64,000 bases of DNA from Trypanosoma brucei (taxonomy: Eukaryota): assembly GCA_000002445.1 (NCBI GenBank), contig CP000070.1, positions 1,376,001-1,440,000 on the forward strand, read 5' to 3'. The notes below the pieces were generated by a model. That model made no database searches, was not told the origin of the DNA, and saw nothing but the letters and a program-made list of their open reading frames with translations. Shown here one piece after another: positions 10,329 to 22,500 of this stretch. Every line of letters begins with the position of its first letter. The stretch's first letter is position 1. A program made the position numbers and the translations under genes.

Positions 10329-11801
10329 ATGGCCAACTTTAATAAAGTCTCTAGGGCCAATGCCGTCTTGCAGCCAACAGCCCCGGCTACGAAATACGGC
10401 AACAATGGAAAGAATATAAGGTACCATGATGTCGAGAACTTAGGCGAACCATTCAATAATTGCAGGCAGCGGGGCTATGAACGGAACCATATCGCTCCGG
10501 CTCCGCCGGTTTTGGGAAGCGAAGTGAATTACTTCGACAACTCAGCGTCTCCAATGGTAAGTTCAGATCCCGGGGCGAGGCATTGGGGCGCGCGTAACTC
10601 CTATGACTCCCAGTGGGATAATACGTACAAGAGCAGTGGGGCTAGGGCCGCAGCCACAGCTGTCTTCGAGCAAATTGCAGCTGAGGAGCGAACAAGCGAC
10701 GGTACTCAGGACATGCATGGAGAAGTGGCTACAGAGAATTCAACCGAATATCAATCAGACGGATGTGCCGTGGTTGGACACTCCCGGAAGATCCTTAGCA
10801 GCACCGAAGAGTATGTATGTAGGAGGTACTCCGTCTCATCAATCCCGAGACTGGAGGCTTATGATTATTATGAGACGCGGAAAATTTCCCCCGAACGGGC
10901 CCCTCACTTCAGTGCAACAGCGGCACACTCAGATGTGAGAATGCGGAGCCCTAAACCGTCCGTTTCCAGCGGGGGGAAATCCTCGGATAGTATGTTACAG
11001 AGAAGGGGTGAGGCGAGTACATTTCCAAGGGTTGTGGCGAGGAAACTTGACCTGCATGCCACTGAGGAGTGCCAAGGATCGAGTGCTCACAAACAGCTGT
11101 CACCCATGAACGCCTTCGAAGTAGCCAACAAGGCAGAGCGTCAGTCACAAGTGGGACCAACTTGTCCACCCGTTTTAACGCCCTGTCCCTCACATAATAT
11201 GCGTAGGTCTGTTGCCGATGCATCCACGATGACCGAAGGTGTTTCTCGTGAGGCTGTCACTCGCGCGGTACACGGCAACAACTTGACAACGTTGCCTAAC
11301 GGTCATTATGATAATGAATATTTCAACGTTGGGAGGGGAGGGCCGAGATCATCTGCCAACGAATCTGTCGTCAGTCTTTCCACGGTCTCTAATTCCACTT
11401 TGAATCAGCGGCCAGATTCAACTGCATTTGGTGGGTATAGGAACCCAGTGGGCCAACACAATCATTACGTATCACCCAAGTTGTTCCATAACTCAGCCAC
11501 GCAAACGATGGCTTCGAGTGCAAGGCCACCTCTGACACCGCGGTTTAATGAAACACGTTCCCCACCAACAGCACCACCGTATGCCGGATGGGACAACAGT
11601 CCTGGTGGCAGTATGGATAGACCGGCACTAAACGGACGGCCAGCGAATGATGCGATGAGGGTGCCAAGAGTTGGTGCAGCTCCTCAGGAAGTGTGGGCGG
11701 CAAAGTTAAGGCAATTGGATAATGCATACTTGACGAATGGTAACGGCTGGGCCATTCTTCATGAGATTCGACTGTTGCTGGAGGGGCGAAATAGTCGCTA
11801 A
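10329..11801 (+). CDS. Hypothetical protein, Ser/Pro/Asn-rich low complexity
   Basis: 539-codon ORF on the same strand as its neighbours. The track start at 10182 is GTG, and the first ATG is at 10329 (MANFNKVS). Coding-like GC3 bias. No recognisable domain. Confidence 0.5.
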   Translation: MANFNKVSRANAVLQPTAPATKYGNNGKNIRYHDVENLGEPFNNCRQRGYERNHIAPAPPVLGSEVNYFDNSASPMVSSDPGARHWGARNSYDSQWDNTYKSSGARAAATAVFEQIAAEERTSDGTQDMHGEVATENSTEYQSDGCAVVGHSRKILSSTEEYVCRRYSVSSIPRLEAYDYYETRKISPERAPHFSATAAHSDVRMRSPKPSVSSGGKSSDSMLQRRGEASTFPRVVARKLDLHATEECQGSSAHKQLSPMNAFEVANKAERQSQVGPTCPPVLTPCPSHNMRRSVADASTMTEGVSREAVTRAVHGNNLTTLPNGHYDNEYFNVGRGGPRSSANESVVSLSTVSNSTLNQRPDSTAFGGYRNPVGQHNHYVSPKLFHNSATQTMASSARPPLTPRFNETRSPPTAPPYAGWDNSPGGSMDRPALNGRPANDAMRVPRVGAAPQEVWAAKLRQLDNAYLTNGNGWAILHEIRLLLEGRNSR

Positions 11802-13319
11802 GAACAAACTTGAAAGGTTCCATCCATTTCATGTACATTTTTGTTTATGCACTGTATTTACTACTATCCCAATTTTTATTGCTGTGATCTTGTACCATTT
11901 GTTAATATCAGCGTGTGTTTTGTTACTTTTATTGTTATTATTAATATAATATGGGGGCGCATATAGTTGTTTACATTCCCCTCTTTTGATTTCCCTCTCC
12001 AAATATGGCCCCTCATTTTTTGCTACCGATAAACGGAGCAACATATATATGTATACACATATATATGACCATGTCTGTCAACATTTATTTACTTGTGGGT
12101 AATGCATGAACTGACGAGGTTGACGATGGCAATTCGTGATGTGCTGAGTTGGCTAGTGTATTTTTTCACAGGTATACGTTTATTTAAATGTAAATAAATA
12201 AAACATACATATACCCCTTACAGGTGAGGGGTTAATGTATAGTCACTTGGGAGTGTATGTTTTTCAGTGTACGTTTCGTTATGACAGCTCAGTTCCCACA
12301 ACCCTGCCGATATTTGTGTACCAATATCTATATACGCAACGGAAAACGAAGCGAACGAATAAAAAAAGTCAAAGGTGATAGAAAGGATAGAGTTATAGTC
12401 AAAAAATAAACTTCAATCATAGGTACCATGGGCGTGGGTCGTTTGTTAGTCATTTGTACGCGGGGGAGCATAGCGTAGAGAGGAAGGGGAAAACGGAAGG
12501 TGCACGGACACTGAAAGTAAACAGCAACAACGTTGCAATGCACTAAAGCAAAGTTGTGGTGGAAAGCTATTCCTTTCTCTCTATCTGAAACGTATCTTAC
12601 TGTACGATACATTTAGGGGATGATGATGAGAGAGGGGATGGCTTTGCAATAATAGCACGTATATTTTAAAAAAAGGGCTGCTGAATAGGTATAAGGTGCC
12701 ACTGGGCGGTTTGTTAATGTGATAAAAAGGAGTATGTGAACGCGTGAATGTGAGGGAAGAAAATCGGAGGTATGGGGATGAACATGAGGGTGAAATGAGG
12801 TTGAGGAGGAGGGGGGAAGGCACCGAGATAAAATGAAAAGGGGTTTGTGTGAACAAATTCAGTATTGTAGTCAAACACTTTGTTCTTTCAATTTCACTAT
12901 ATTTCTTAGGCACCCCTCCTTCGGTTCTCAGTTGCCTCAACTCCTTCTTTATATTTGTTTTTTTTTTCAAACGCGTTGTGCGCTTTCCTTTTTTTTTGTT
13001 GTTTTATGGGTTTTTTCTTGTGCTTTCGTTATCGCCCTAAGTGACATAAGGTAGTCCTTTTTTAAAAATTTCTCTTTTGTATCATCTCAACTTTTTTTCA
13101 AAGCCAAGTTCTACCGTTGTTTTTGCCGCATTAGCAAGAAATAAAACGATTTATGTATGCTGTGTGGTCCGTGCGCGCCGTTCAATTTGTTTTATTTTAG
13201 CCTTGACAGGAATATCTCCTGGTTAATTGTACAGCTCGTCCCCTCCGACGCACCTCTCTCTCTCTCTGTACTTTCTGTGTGCTACCCATCATTATATTCC
13301 CTTTCCTTAATTTTTCTAG

Positions 13320-13465
13320 TCAGATTGTTAAAAATCCTCTGCCGTTGCCATTTTTTTTGTTTTCAAACTCCTCCTATCACCTTTCTTCTCCCTTTTGTTG
13401 AAATGTTTACTTTTTCCCTTTTCCACCCTTCTTCATGTGTTTTCTAACGCCACCACGCTTAAAGG
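13320..13465 (+). promoter_or_regulatory. Long polypyrimidine tract plus AG upstream of the 13540 gene
   Basis: A CT-rich run of about 120 nt, then aaag/gag. Confidence 0.45.
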
Positions 13466-13539
13466 AGCCGACACACCCAATAAAAAGAGGGGGAGGGGGA
13501 GCGGTGCACACATCGAAGCATACAGCAGCTTAGATAAAT

Positions 13540-15732
13540 ATGGGCCATTGTTGTGCCACTCAAACGAAACAAGCGCGGCTCCTACCATCAAACAATGCAT
13601 CACTTAATGCTCCGGCTGAAGTTCCCGGAGGGTCATTAGCGGCACAAACGAGGCCATCGGATGGGCAAATTAACGCCCCTACCGGCGGGGCTTCCCATGG
13701 CGTGGCGGCGGAGAGCGCTTCATCCAAATTTACGGTGAGTCCGGTGATAGGGGACCAGTCGGATTACACAACAACGATTGGGTTAGAACGTCTTGTTCCC
13801 GTAAACCGTAAGTCTGGATCACAACTTCCAGTTAATGCACATCTACGGTTAGGTTCGGACAACAGAGCGGATAGCGTTTGTGTTTTTGACAATGGGGATG
13901 ACGACGGTCGTTTCTTGACAGCACGAAGCCCCTTGTTGCTTTCGTCAATGACGACACCACGAGTGAAGTTTGTGTCGGGGACTCCAGGTACTTTTGACAC
14001 CAATGGTGGGGCTCCACCATCAGGTAGAGGGTTTCAGTCGTGTCTAAGCAGCCAATGGGACGAGTCAGTGGGAAGCAACAAACTCAACTCCTGTCATAGT
14101 ATGGTGATGAATGAAAGTGTGAACAATAGCGTAGAGGCGTATTTTGGCAGTCTAACTGCGTGCGTTCCTCCAACGGAGGTGCCACCTTCGATGTTACCGT
14201 TAGTATCAATAACGGCGTCGTCCTCGTCTTCAACCGTGTCATCACCGTTTTCGTCACTGGCAGTGCACCGCAGGGAGCCGTCGTCATTATTCGTGAATGA
14301 CAAGTCTCCTGTACAGTCTTTGGGAGTTTCATCATTCGTGACGGCCCTGTCGCCGAGCGTATCACCGCGACCGTTGCATAATGAGGCACCCCCACAATCG
14401 CATGCGGACGCTTTAGGTGCACCAACAGCGACATCAGTAAGCCACTCAAGGGGGGATCTGTCACTTGGTACCGCTATAGCACCGTCAAGAGCAACGTCGC
14501 CATCATGTTACATGGAAAATGCGTCGTTTGCAACGGCCTTGTCACTATCTGAGTCACTACAAGCGTCGCATTCCGTATTATCTTCAGTTTCGTTCCCCGG
14601 TGTAGGGGTGCAATCAGCTGCGGCATTGATTCCTCACTCCAGAGGAACTTCTTCTTTTGCGTCTGCGGTTTCACCATCAGCAGCGGTGACAACTGCGCGC
14701 TCCGCGCGAACTACGCCGTCCTTTGTGGTGACCATCTTGCCGTCAGAGGCCACAACTACTCCGCGTATGGCATTTAAAAGTGCAAGGAGCAGTAACAAAA
14801 TTGGTTCCACTACAGTCACCGGTGGCGATTTGATGTCGTGTCGTAGTCTTTCTGAAATCAGCACCTCATTGAGTGACAAAATACATAATATGAGTGGAGA
14901 GGTAGCGAGGAGTGCTTCTGAGGCTCCACAGCGTCTTGTGGTGAGGAAACGCGTTACGTCTCTAACCAATATTTCTTCTTCTTCGTATTCGCGGTTAACG
15001 GAAAAAGAGCGTGCCAGCACTCAGGAAGGTGTGACAAATTCCCCGTTAATTATGGCTGAATCATTGCCGGACCAGACTAATGGTGTTGTTATTTCGCTCT
15101 CCCCACCGGAGGACCATTCCAGTATTTTTGGAGGCAACGGCGGCGGTGGCTCCAGGGAGGTGTCGTTCGTTAGTTCTTCACCTAAAGCGGAGGGGATGTG
15201 GGTTCAATCTGGTAAGCATGGCAAAAAAAAGGCGGGCACAGTGCTGAGTTTTTTTACCCCAGATCCGGCAGTTACGCAGTTGTCGGAACATGCTGCGAAT
15301 ACCTCTTTGACATCACATATGTTGACTCGACAAAAGCCCAAAATGCTTAGTTACTTCGGCAGGCATTCGGATCCTCCGTTCTCATCTGTGAATACATTAC
15401 GCCAACGGAACGTCATGGCACGGTCGGTAGGGGCGGTTGGAGGGTTAGGTACCCTTGACGCAAGTTATAAAAAGGTGTTGGGTGATACTCAGAAGTTGTT
15501 CTCGTCGTTACCTGCGCTACCCACATACACTAAGAGGGATCACATCCCACGGAGGCGAGTGTTTGATTTAGGAACCCCCGGTAGCGCGTCAAAATCGAGG
15601 AAAAGCCCCTCACCGGAAGGCTCACAAATGATTTCCCAGATGTCCAGTTCGATTAATGGTCATGCGGCCTCAGGTGTTTCATCACCCGACTCGAAGCACA
15701 AAGAGGACGGAAAGGCACACTGTCAATCATAA
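13540..15732 (+). CDS. Hypothetical Ser-rich protein with N-terminal MGHCC (possible dual-acylation motif)
   Basis: True ATG start at 13540, preceded by a long polyY tract (13320-13450) and AG. 730 aa, very Ser/Thr/Ala-rich with no TM helix. N-terminus MGHCCATQ. Confidence 0.55.
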   Translation: MGHCCATQTKQARLLPSNNASLNAPAEVPGGSLAAQTRPSDGQINAPTGGASHGVAAESASSKFTVSPVIGDQSDYTTTIGLERLVPVNRKSGSQLPVNAHLRLGSDNRADSVCVFDNGDDDGRFLTARSPLLLSSMTTPRVKFVSGTPGTFDTNGGAPPSGRGFQSCLSSQWDESVGSNKLNSCHSMVMNESVNNSVEAYFGSLTACVPPTEVPPSMLPLVSITASSSSSTVSSPFSSLAVHRREPSSLFVNDKSPVQSLGVSSFVTALSPSVSPRPLHNEAPPQSHADALGAPTATSVSHSRGDLSLGTAIAPSRATSPSCYMENASFATALSLSESLQASHSVLSSVSFPGVGVQSAAALIPHSRGTSSFASAVSPSAAVTTARSARTTPSFVVTILPSEATTTPRMAFKSARSSNKIGSTTVTGGDLMSCRSLSEISTSLSDKIHNMSGEVARSASEAPQRLVVRKRVTSLTNISSSSYSRLTEKERASTQEGVTNSPLIMAESLPDQTNGVVISLSPPEDHSSIFGGNGGGGSREVSFVSSSPKAEGMWVQSGKHGKKKAGTVLSFFTPDPAVTQLSEHAANTSLTSHMLTRQKPKMLSYFGRHSDPPFSSVNTLRQRNVMARSVGAVGGLGTLDASYKKVLGDTQKLFSSLPALPTYTKRDHIPRRRVFDLGTPGSASKSRKSPSPEGSQMISQMSSSINGHAASGVSSPDSKHKEDGKAHCQS

Positions 15733-16656
15733 GGAATAAAGTGCTGTTTGTTCCCTTTTATTATTATTGTTATTATTGTTATGGTGGATGATGTCAGCGT
15801 TTTGGTCTCATGGAAGCGTGCTGCGGAGATGTCGCTTTCCTTTGTCATTCGATCGGGCGTAGAGGTAAGGGAAGGGTAATGTAGGAGGAGGAGGAGGGGG
15901 GGGGGAACGGCGGTAAATGTGGACAAGAGGAAGTTGGCGAGTGGGTGGGAGAGGGGAAAAACAACAACAACAATCGTACACGTGTGGATGGCGCCGCGTT
16001 TGCCCATATGAATATTATTGCTGATTTCTTTTACAGCTGGTTGCATTGTCCCCTTCCCATTCACCTCCTTCTTCATTAACGCCTAATGCACGCATGTGTA
16101 TGAGAGGGCGTGCGTGTGTATTCAATACGGTGGTGGAGTGGTATAATGCTGATGGGTTGCCGGTCGAACTTTATTTCTAAATGCTGGTTTCTTTCATTTG
16201 CTTTTTGCGTCGTTTATTTGTATATATATTTGTGTGTGTATGTGTGTTAGACTTTACGTCTCGACGTTGTTTTTCCCACTTTCCTCAGAGGGCAAGATAT
16301 ATTCTTCTCTTTGTCATTACTTGAGACTAGGGAATTTAAAACAATCAGTGCTTGTCCACAAGTTTATTTTTTTTCTACTTTTGGATGCGTGTACTGTTCC
16401 CTCTCCCACATTAATTCACCAAGTATTGTACACATTGTGTCGGTTTTAACAAAGAAAAAAAATGACTGCTTCGTCCCATCCAGTTGTACACTGATTACTT
16501 TTATTAGGTGTCGGAGTAACTTCACCCTTTCCCCATTCACTTCTTCGCACATTTTCGCCCAATTTGTATCTTACCACTGTGGATTCCTCATCTCAAAACT
16601 TGATACAAACCGAACAAAATAATAATATAGAACAGTAGCTGAAGAGGACAAAGGGA

Positions 16657-17238
16657 ATGGGTACCACCGCCAGTACGGATTCCGCAGACTCACCATTTTC
16701 TGTACGGAGCGTGGACTCTTCTGGCGGTGGAGGGTGGCGGCAGGAGGATCCCGAAAGGTTTCGAAAGTACATGCATCTCAAGTCACAAGCGGATCAGTGG
16801 CGCCAACGGCACGGCCACACGCCGGGGGCCACAAGGGGCGAACTCACGAAGAACCTCATCGAAGAAGTGTACGAAGAGGATTTCGAGTCCGTGGATCATG
16901 TGCAGTCAATGCGGTTGCCACCCATGGTGCTGAAGGAGATGAAAGATGCCGTGGCGAATGAGGCGGAGAGGCGCTGTGCGGAGACTGAAAAGGTCATGGC
17001 GCGTTGCCTACAGGATAAAATGTGGACTTCGTGGAAGTGCCAGAAGGAGAGGGATGCACTTTATCAGTGTGTGGCAGATAGGAAAGAAGACAATGAACTC
17101 CTAATGGCGTACCGTTGGAAGTATAATTTGGGCACTTTCCATGGGGAACTGATTGGGCGCAACAATATGATGCGGCGCATATGGAAGGAGCATTTCCCTG
17201 ACCGTGATTTACCACACCCATGGGTAAAGGACGCTTAG
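16657..17238 (+). CDS. Twin Cx9C (CHCH-domain) protein with N-myristoylation consensus; NDUFB7/B18-like architecture
   Basis: ATG at 16657. N-terminus MGTTAST fits the G2/S6 myristoylation consensus. C-AETEKVMAR-C then a 10-aa linker then C-QKERDALYQ-C gives two Cx9C pairs with the spacing seen in complex I subunit NDUFB7. 193 aa. Confidence 0.7.
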   Translation: MGTTASTDSADSPFSVRSVDSSGGGGWRQEDPERFRKYMHLKSQADQWRQRHGHTPGATRGELTKNLIEEVYEEDFESVDHVQSMRLPPMVLKEMKDAVANEAERRCAETEKVMARCLQDKMWTSWKCQKERDALYQCVADRKEDNELLMAYRWKYNLGTFHGELIGRNNMMRRIWKEHFPDRDLPHPWVKDA

Positions 17239-17861
17239 TAAAGACTTCGGTTCTTCAAGGTTGCCGACAACTGTTTGGTTAAACCCTTGTGCGTGTTTGC
17301 GAGGGAGGAAGACCAATGGGACTAACACTTGGCACACGACAAACTGGTTACTGGTGGGGCCCTTCTTTTGTGCGTACGGTTATGCGTCGTGTTTTGCTGT
17401 TAATGGTCGTATCGATATATTGTTTTAGTGTGGTTCTTCGGCCTTGTGTGATCGTTAGTCTCTACTTGTAGTTTAGGGGAGGCTGTCAAAAGAATAAAAT
17501 TACCTCTCACTTCTTAATGATACCCATATATATATATATACACTAATTTGTTTGCGTTTGTGAGTCACCAGTTCCTCTGTTGCTTAGGGTACTGTTCTTT
17601 TTCCTCCCTTCCCCTTTATCACATATTCGCACTTTTGTCTTTACTGCCGGATTCTTCGCTCTTTTGGGCTATTTGATCGATTTTGATGCCAGATGCGTGT
17701 TCGTGTTCTGTTTTTCGATTGTTAACAGCATTGAGGAGCGGAAAGTAACCAAGTTCACCTGTATAGGTGACGAGCACAAAAGGGGTTCGAGGTGGGGCGT
17801 AAAATCAAGTGATCCCGAGTAGGTTTTACTGTTGGTGTGCCTGCGTAACTTGCAGGTACCA

Positions 17862-18446
17862 ATGATTCAGATTATTGCGCCGAGGGGCCCCCTGCAGGAA
17901 ATGCTGCTGTTGGAATTGCAGGGCAAAGTTGTCATACCTCCCAAGTTACTGGAGGAGGAGCGGGAGAGGCAGAGAATTCCCAACAGCAGTGAAGAGGAAG
18001 TGAAGGCATGCTCTCAAGTTACTGGTGGGAAGAGGCTAAGGGAAGACGGTGAATGTGGCGTTAATGTTGATACCAATCAGGTGGTGGAGGTGCCGTTGGG
18101 CTGCGTAGTGTGGGACTCGCGCAATGAGACGCGCTGTTCGCTTCAAATTGGGACGGTTGAAGTCAGTGGCAGTTATGGGAAGAGACGAGAGCCCCTTCTT
18201 GTGTTGAAGCGCTGTGTTGTAGGGGACAAAACTGCTGATGCGGAAGGTGCGGTGGCATGTGAATACTCAGAATCGAGTGGTTCTCAGTGCTGTTTGCTAC
18301 AGGAATGGCTGCAAGAGCATCCCGAGGAACTCACATTGGATGCCACTGTGAGGGGCGCAACAGTCCCCAGAAAAGTGTACGAGCTGGTTGGTGTTGTGGA
18401 GCGTTACATTCACTTGAACTCAAAGCCCCTCCGTAGGTTCGTGTGA
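17862..18446 (+). CDS. Ctf8-like protein (CTF18-RFC complex subunit homologue), putative
   Basis: The track start at 17832 is TTG, and the ATG is at 17862. The N-terminus MIQIIAPRGPLQEMLLLELQGKVV resembles the Ctf8 N-terminus as I recall it (M.QI....G.L.E..L.ELQG). About 194 aa, consistent with Ctf8 size plus an insertion. Confidence 0.55.
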   Translation: MIQIIAPRGPLQEMLLLELQGKVVIPPKLLEEERERQRIPNSSEEEVKACSQVTGGKRLREDGECGVNVDTNQVVEVPLGCVVWDSRNETRCSLQIGTVEVSGSYGKRREPLLVLKRCVVGDKTADAEGAVACEYSESSGSQCCLLQEWLQEHPEELTLDATVRGATVPRKVYELVGVVERYIHLNSKPLRRFV

Positions 18447-19553
18447 GTTTTTCTTCAAACGTGCAAAAAAAAAATGTGACAGCGCGCCCTCTTCCACTCA
18501 CAGGAGGCGGGAATTACGTTCCATTTTGTATTCTCCGTTCGGCGATGCTTCGGTCGTATTTGTTGAGTCCTGCATAGAGTGGGGAAGGGAGATGCAACAG
18601 GGAACAAAGGGCATGTGTGAAACCGTGTTTGTCTTACCCCTCGCTTCCGCTAATTCAAGTGTGCTAGTTGCCCGAAAGATTGGCAGAAACTTTCCAGCCA
18701 TTGTTAGCATTTGATAACCTTTCCGTCAGAAAAAAAAAAGACATTTCTTTTTGACGGTTGGTTGCCGAAGAAAAGTGTGAACCAAGTCTGGCCACGTTGT
18801 GGGACGGGGTTCTGCCGCATTCTTCTTTACGTACATCAGCAGGTTATATATGCCTTGGGCCCGAATGGAAAGCATACCAACAACCCAAATACCTTCCATT
18901 TGTGGATGTGCAGGTGCGTGGAAGGGAGCGAGGGTGTAATAACATTGTGGAAGGTTTGTTCGAGCACTCGTTCTTCACCTCTGCCAGTTTTTCCTTCCAC
19001 AGTTACATACCATTTGCTTCTTTCTCCTCCTTCCTCATTATTACTGTCACTGTCACTGCTACCACGGTAACGTTATTTACCTTGTTTTCAATTGCTTGTT
19101 TAAGCACTCACGCACGGAAGAAGGCCCAAACCGTCAGTGTGCGTGTGTGGTCTAAGTTCTACAAAAGTGCCGGTAGTGAGGGGTAGGTAAAACATATTTT
19201 TTTTTTTTTGGGGGGGGGGAGTAGCAGCCGAGCACCGGGTGTGTTGGAAGTGTAGGGACAGTGTGGCTAGTAGGCAAGTAGTAAGTTAGACATAGAATAA
19301 AAAGGGGTAAAACAAAGTGGAACACTAGCGCCATACACATTGTGTTGGGGAAAGTAGGACAAGGCTGGAGAAGCGAGACGCGAGTGGTGGGAACTATTAG
19401 GTTAGTGAGTGACTTTAGGAGTGTCTTCCGGGGAGAGAATACCTGGAAGCGTAGGGTCGATATAAAGAAGTTTAAATCCCCTTAGTTCGGCTAGTGAAGA
19501 GTAGGGAAAGTAATTTGAGGAGTCAGGGAAGCTTAGTGGAGGGGACTTGCTGC

Positions 19554-22500
19554 ATGCGACCGACATCGTACTTGGCACATGCAGCGCCGTCTACTACTTC
19601 CTCCTCTGCTGCTGCGGTTGCAACTGCGTTGGGCAAAACCAAAACACGACTTAGTCCCCAACAGTCGTCCTTCACTTCGCTGACGCCGTCACACCTAAGA
19701 CATGGTGGACCACAGGCAGCGGAGCAGCTCATGCGGTTGGGCAGAGTGTTTGTGCCAGTTACATATTTGCCCGGTTCGTCTGGTTATCAAACCGCTCAAA
19801 CCCCTGGAGTTTCGCCTACACTACGCCGCAGCCGAAGGTACGAGCCTTACGGTTCTCTGCTACAGATGTATATGGAGCGCGGTTTCACTGACCTGGATGC
19901 CCTATTGTTCCACCCGGAGGCACCTTCTCCGATGGAGCTGTTGTTAAGCGTCCTGCGACATCGCACGGCGTGCCTGCAACTCACACAGAAGGCACTTACA
20001 GCGACTATCAGTCGGCCACGTCACACATCTTCTGCGGGAGCGGCCTCATATACCCTACAAACAGTTTACCACATTCTGAAGAACCACTGTCCATATCTGT
20101 ATGACACCGCCAGTGTTAGGGTATTGCTCTGCCAGGCGTTACTGTGCGAAAGGTTATTTAGTGATGCGATTGAGTTGCTACAGGGGATGCCCGATTCGTG
20201 GATTACGCCTGGGTTGTGGCAGGTCGTGATGGAAGCTGCAGCTGATGGTAAAGTCCCGCATTCACCCCTTCTGTGGAAACTTCTAACGTTGTCACCTGCA
20301 AAAACCCCAGGTGAAGGTCGTGTTGTTAGGACCGGTCAGCGGGTACCTGAGCAACTTCGAAGGGGAATGTCAGCTCGTGCAGCCGAAGTGGTGTCGAGAT
20401 CATTTGTAAACAGAGGAGAGAGCATGGATGAGGCAGCAAAGGCACATGGGGTGCACCAAAACAGCGACACAGTAACCTTCTCATCTTTTGAGGTGCGTCC
20501 GTTGTCGATCGTACAAATAACGCGTGGGGGTAATCAACTGGAATGGTGCCATCTCAGTACCTCAGAAGTTGGTTACGCTGAACAACACTACCGAGCTCTT
20601 CGTAACCTTCGAGGATGGGGTCACGGCGTGCTACGACTGGGAAGGGGTGACCACCTGATGGAAGGCGTTGTTTATGGTCTTGATGCCTTTCTTGCCTCCC
20701 GGCTTATGTTGCGCGCTAATGTGTCTTTCTTTGGCCAAGCGTCCCCGTTGATAGCCCTGCATATTCTTAGGCGATACATACGTACCTGTCACGCCCTGCG
20801 GAAAACTCCCGCACGCTCATCAGTGGTGAAGGGGACGGGTAGTGACGGGACCAGTGAATTAGGCACAAACAGCGACTGGCTGAAGTATCATCAGCCCTCG
20901 TCTACTAGTGGATCTCCAGGTGTGAGCACGAGTGATACACAAGCGTCTGATATTGAGGACTTCATTCACCCTTCACCATTTTTACTGTTCTTCAAAGTCG
21001 TCCGTGAAACCCGTGATGTACTTCCCGGGGGCGGTGGGACCCTTGCATCAGCCGGGCATTCTGGGACCTCGGGTGGAGTACCTACAGCTGGGCTGCCGAT
21101 GATACATTGGGAACTGGTGTGGCGATACTTCCAAACTCTCAACCGTGAGTGCCCCAACTGGCATACCATCATCCCAGAGAAGGCTGGTGACTTGAGTCAG
21201 TATGTTATTGACGTCCTTTGTCGTGGAGCTGATCCGTGGATGACGCTTAATGTTGCGCGTGCCGTTTCTTCACGCCATATTGTTGACGGTTTGGACATGT
21301 CGCTGTGGCTTCTCCACCGACTTGATCCGTCGCACCACATGGAAGAAGCACGCGATGTAACGCGGAAGGTGTTCCGCTGGCTCTTGACTGATGTCGGCGT
21401 GCACTTGCTGCCGCAGTTGCACCACAATCTTATCCCCGCTGCGAGGGTGTTGGTGCGCTTAGGGTTACAGGATGAGCTACGGCAACTATATAATGGCGTG
21501 CTAGATAACGTTTATTTGTTTGCCGAGGATTTCCGCGCAGAGTTTCTACACGTGATGATGGATTTGGTTTGCCCTTCGTGCAGCTCTATTCTATCTGCGC
21601 AGGACGTCTATGCGGAGCGTGTCTGTTCCATCTGTCTTACGATCATACCTGCAAAAGATGCGGGGTCATTGCCTAGCTTTCAGCTTTCGAGCGAACATAT
21701 CTCCCGTTTACGAGAGAAGCGCAAGGTTGTGCGACTTAGTGAGCGAAAGAGGTTGCATGAGAGCATCTGCTGTTGGTCAAAGCGAGGCGAGAATAGTCGT
21801 GAAACAGCTGCAGGAGCAACCAACGTTGGGAAGCATGCGGCGTCACCGGTCTTTCCTCCACTGGATGCTAGCAGCGTGTTTAAAAAGGAAATACTCTCCG
21901 ACACGGCTCCTCTACTTCCCGGGGTACCCGTGGCGGCGCGAAATGTGTTACTTCTTCCAGGAGGAGGTGGGGCAGACGGCGCGGGCAGTTGTGTGTCAGA
22001 AGGAGGTGGTCCCTCTGCCTCGTTTGATGTTTATGCAGCCATGGAAGAGTCATCGCACCGTTTGCAGCTACAAGAGGCAGCCCGTCGTTACGCACTGGCT
22101 CAGCGCGGTGTTGTGTTACCTGCGCGCCATTCTGCTGCCTTTCCATCCCCCGTTCTATCAACATCTTCCGTGTCGACTTCATCGGCGCATTTTTCTCCAG
22201 AGAAACAACGGCAGGGTTTCATGATACCCTCAATGTGTGTCGACGGGCCCTGGACTTGTGTATGGTGCCACGAACAAAACACGGGGTGGGGTTCCCGCAC
22301 ACAATGCGGAGCCTGTGGTGCCGAAACAGGACCCAGCGCTCTGTGGCGGCATTTTGCATACGCAACATCGACAGGGGATATTATGGAAGAAGTACGCGCT
22401 CGTGTGGCTAACTCCGCGGAACGTCCTGTAGACGCAGTGGTGGCGGGTTACCTGTTGATGGTGTACCGTCGTACGTTTCTGCTGAGGGCTACACCGCACG

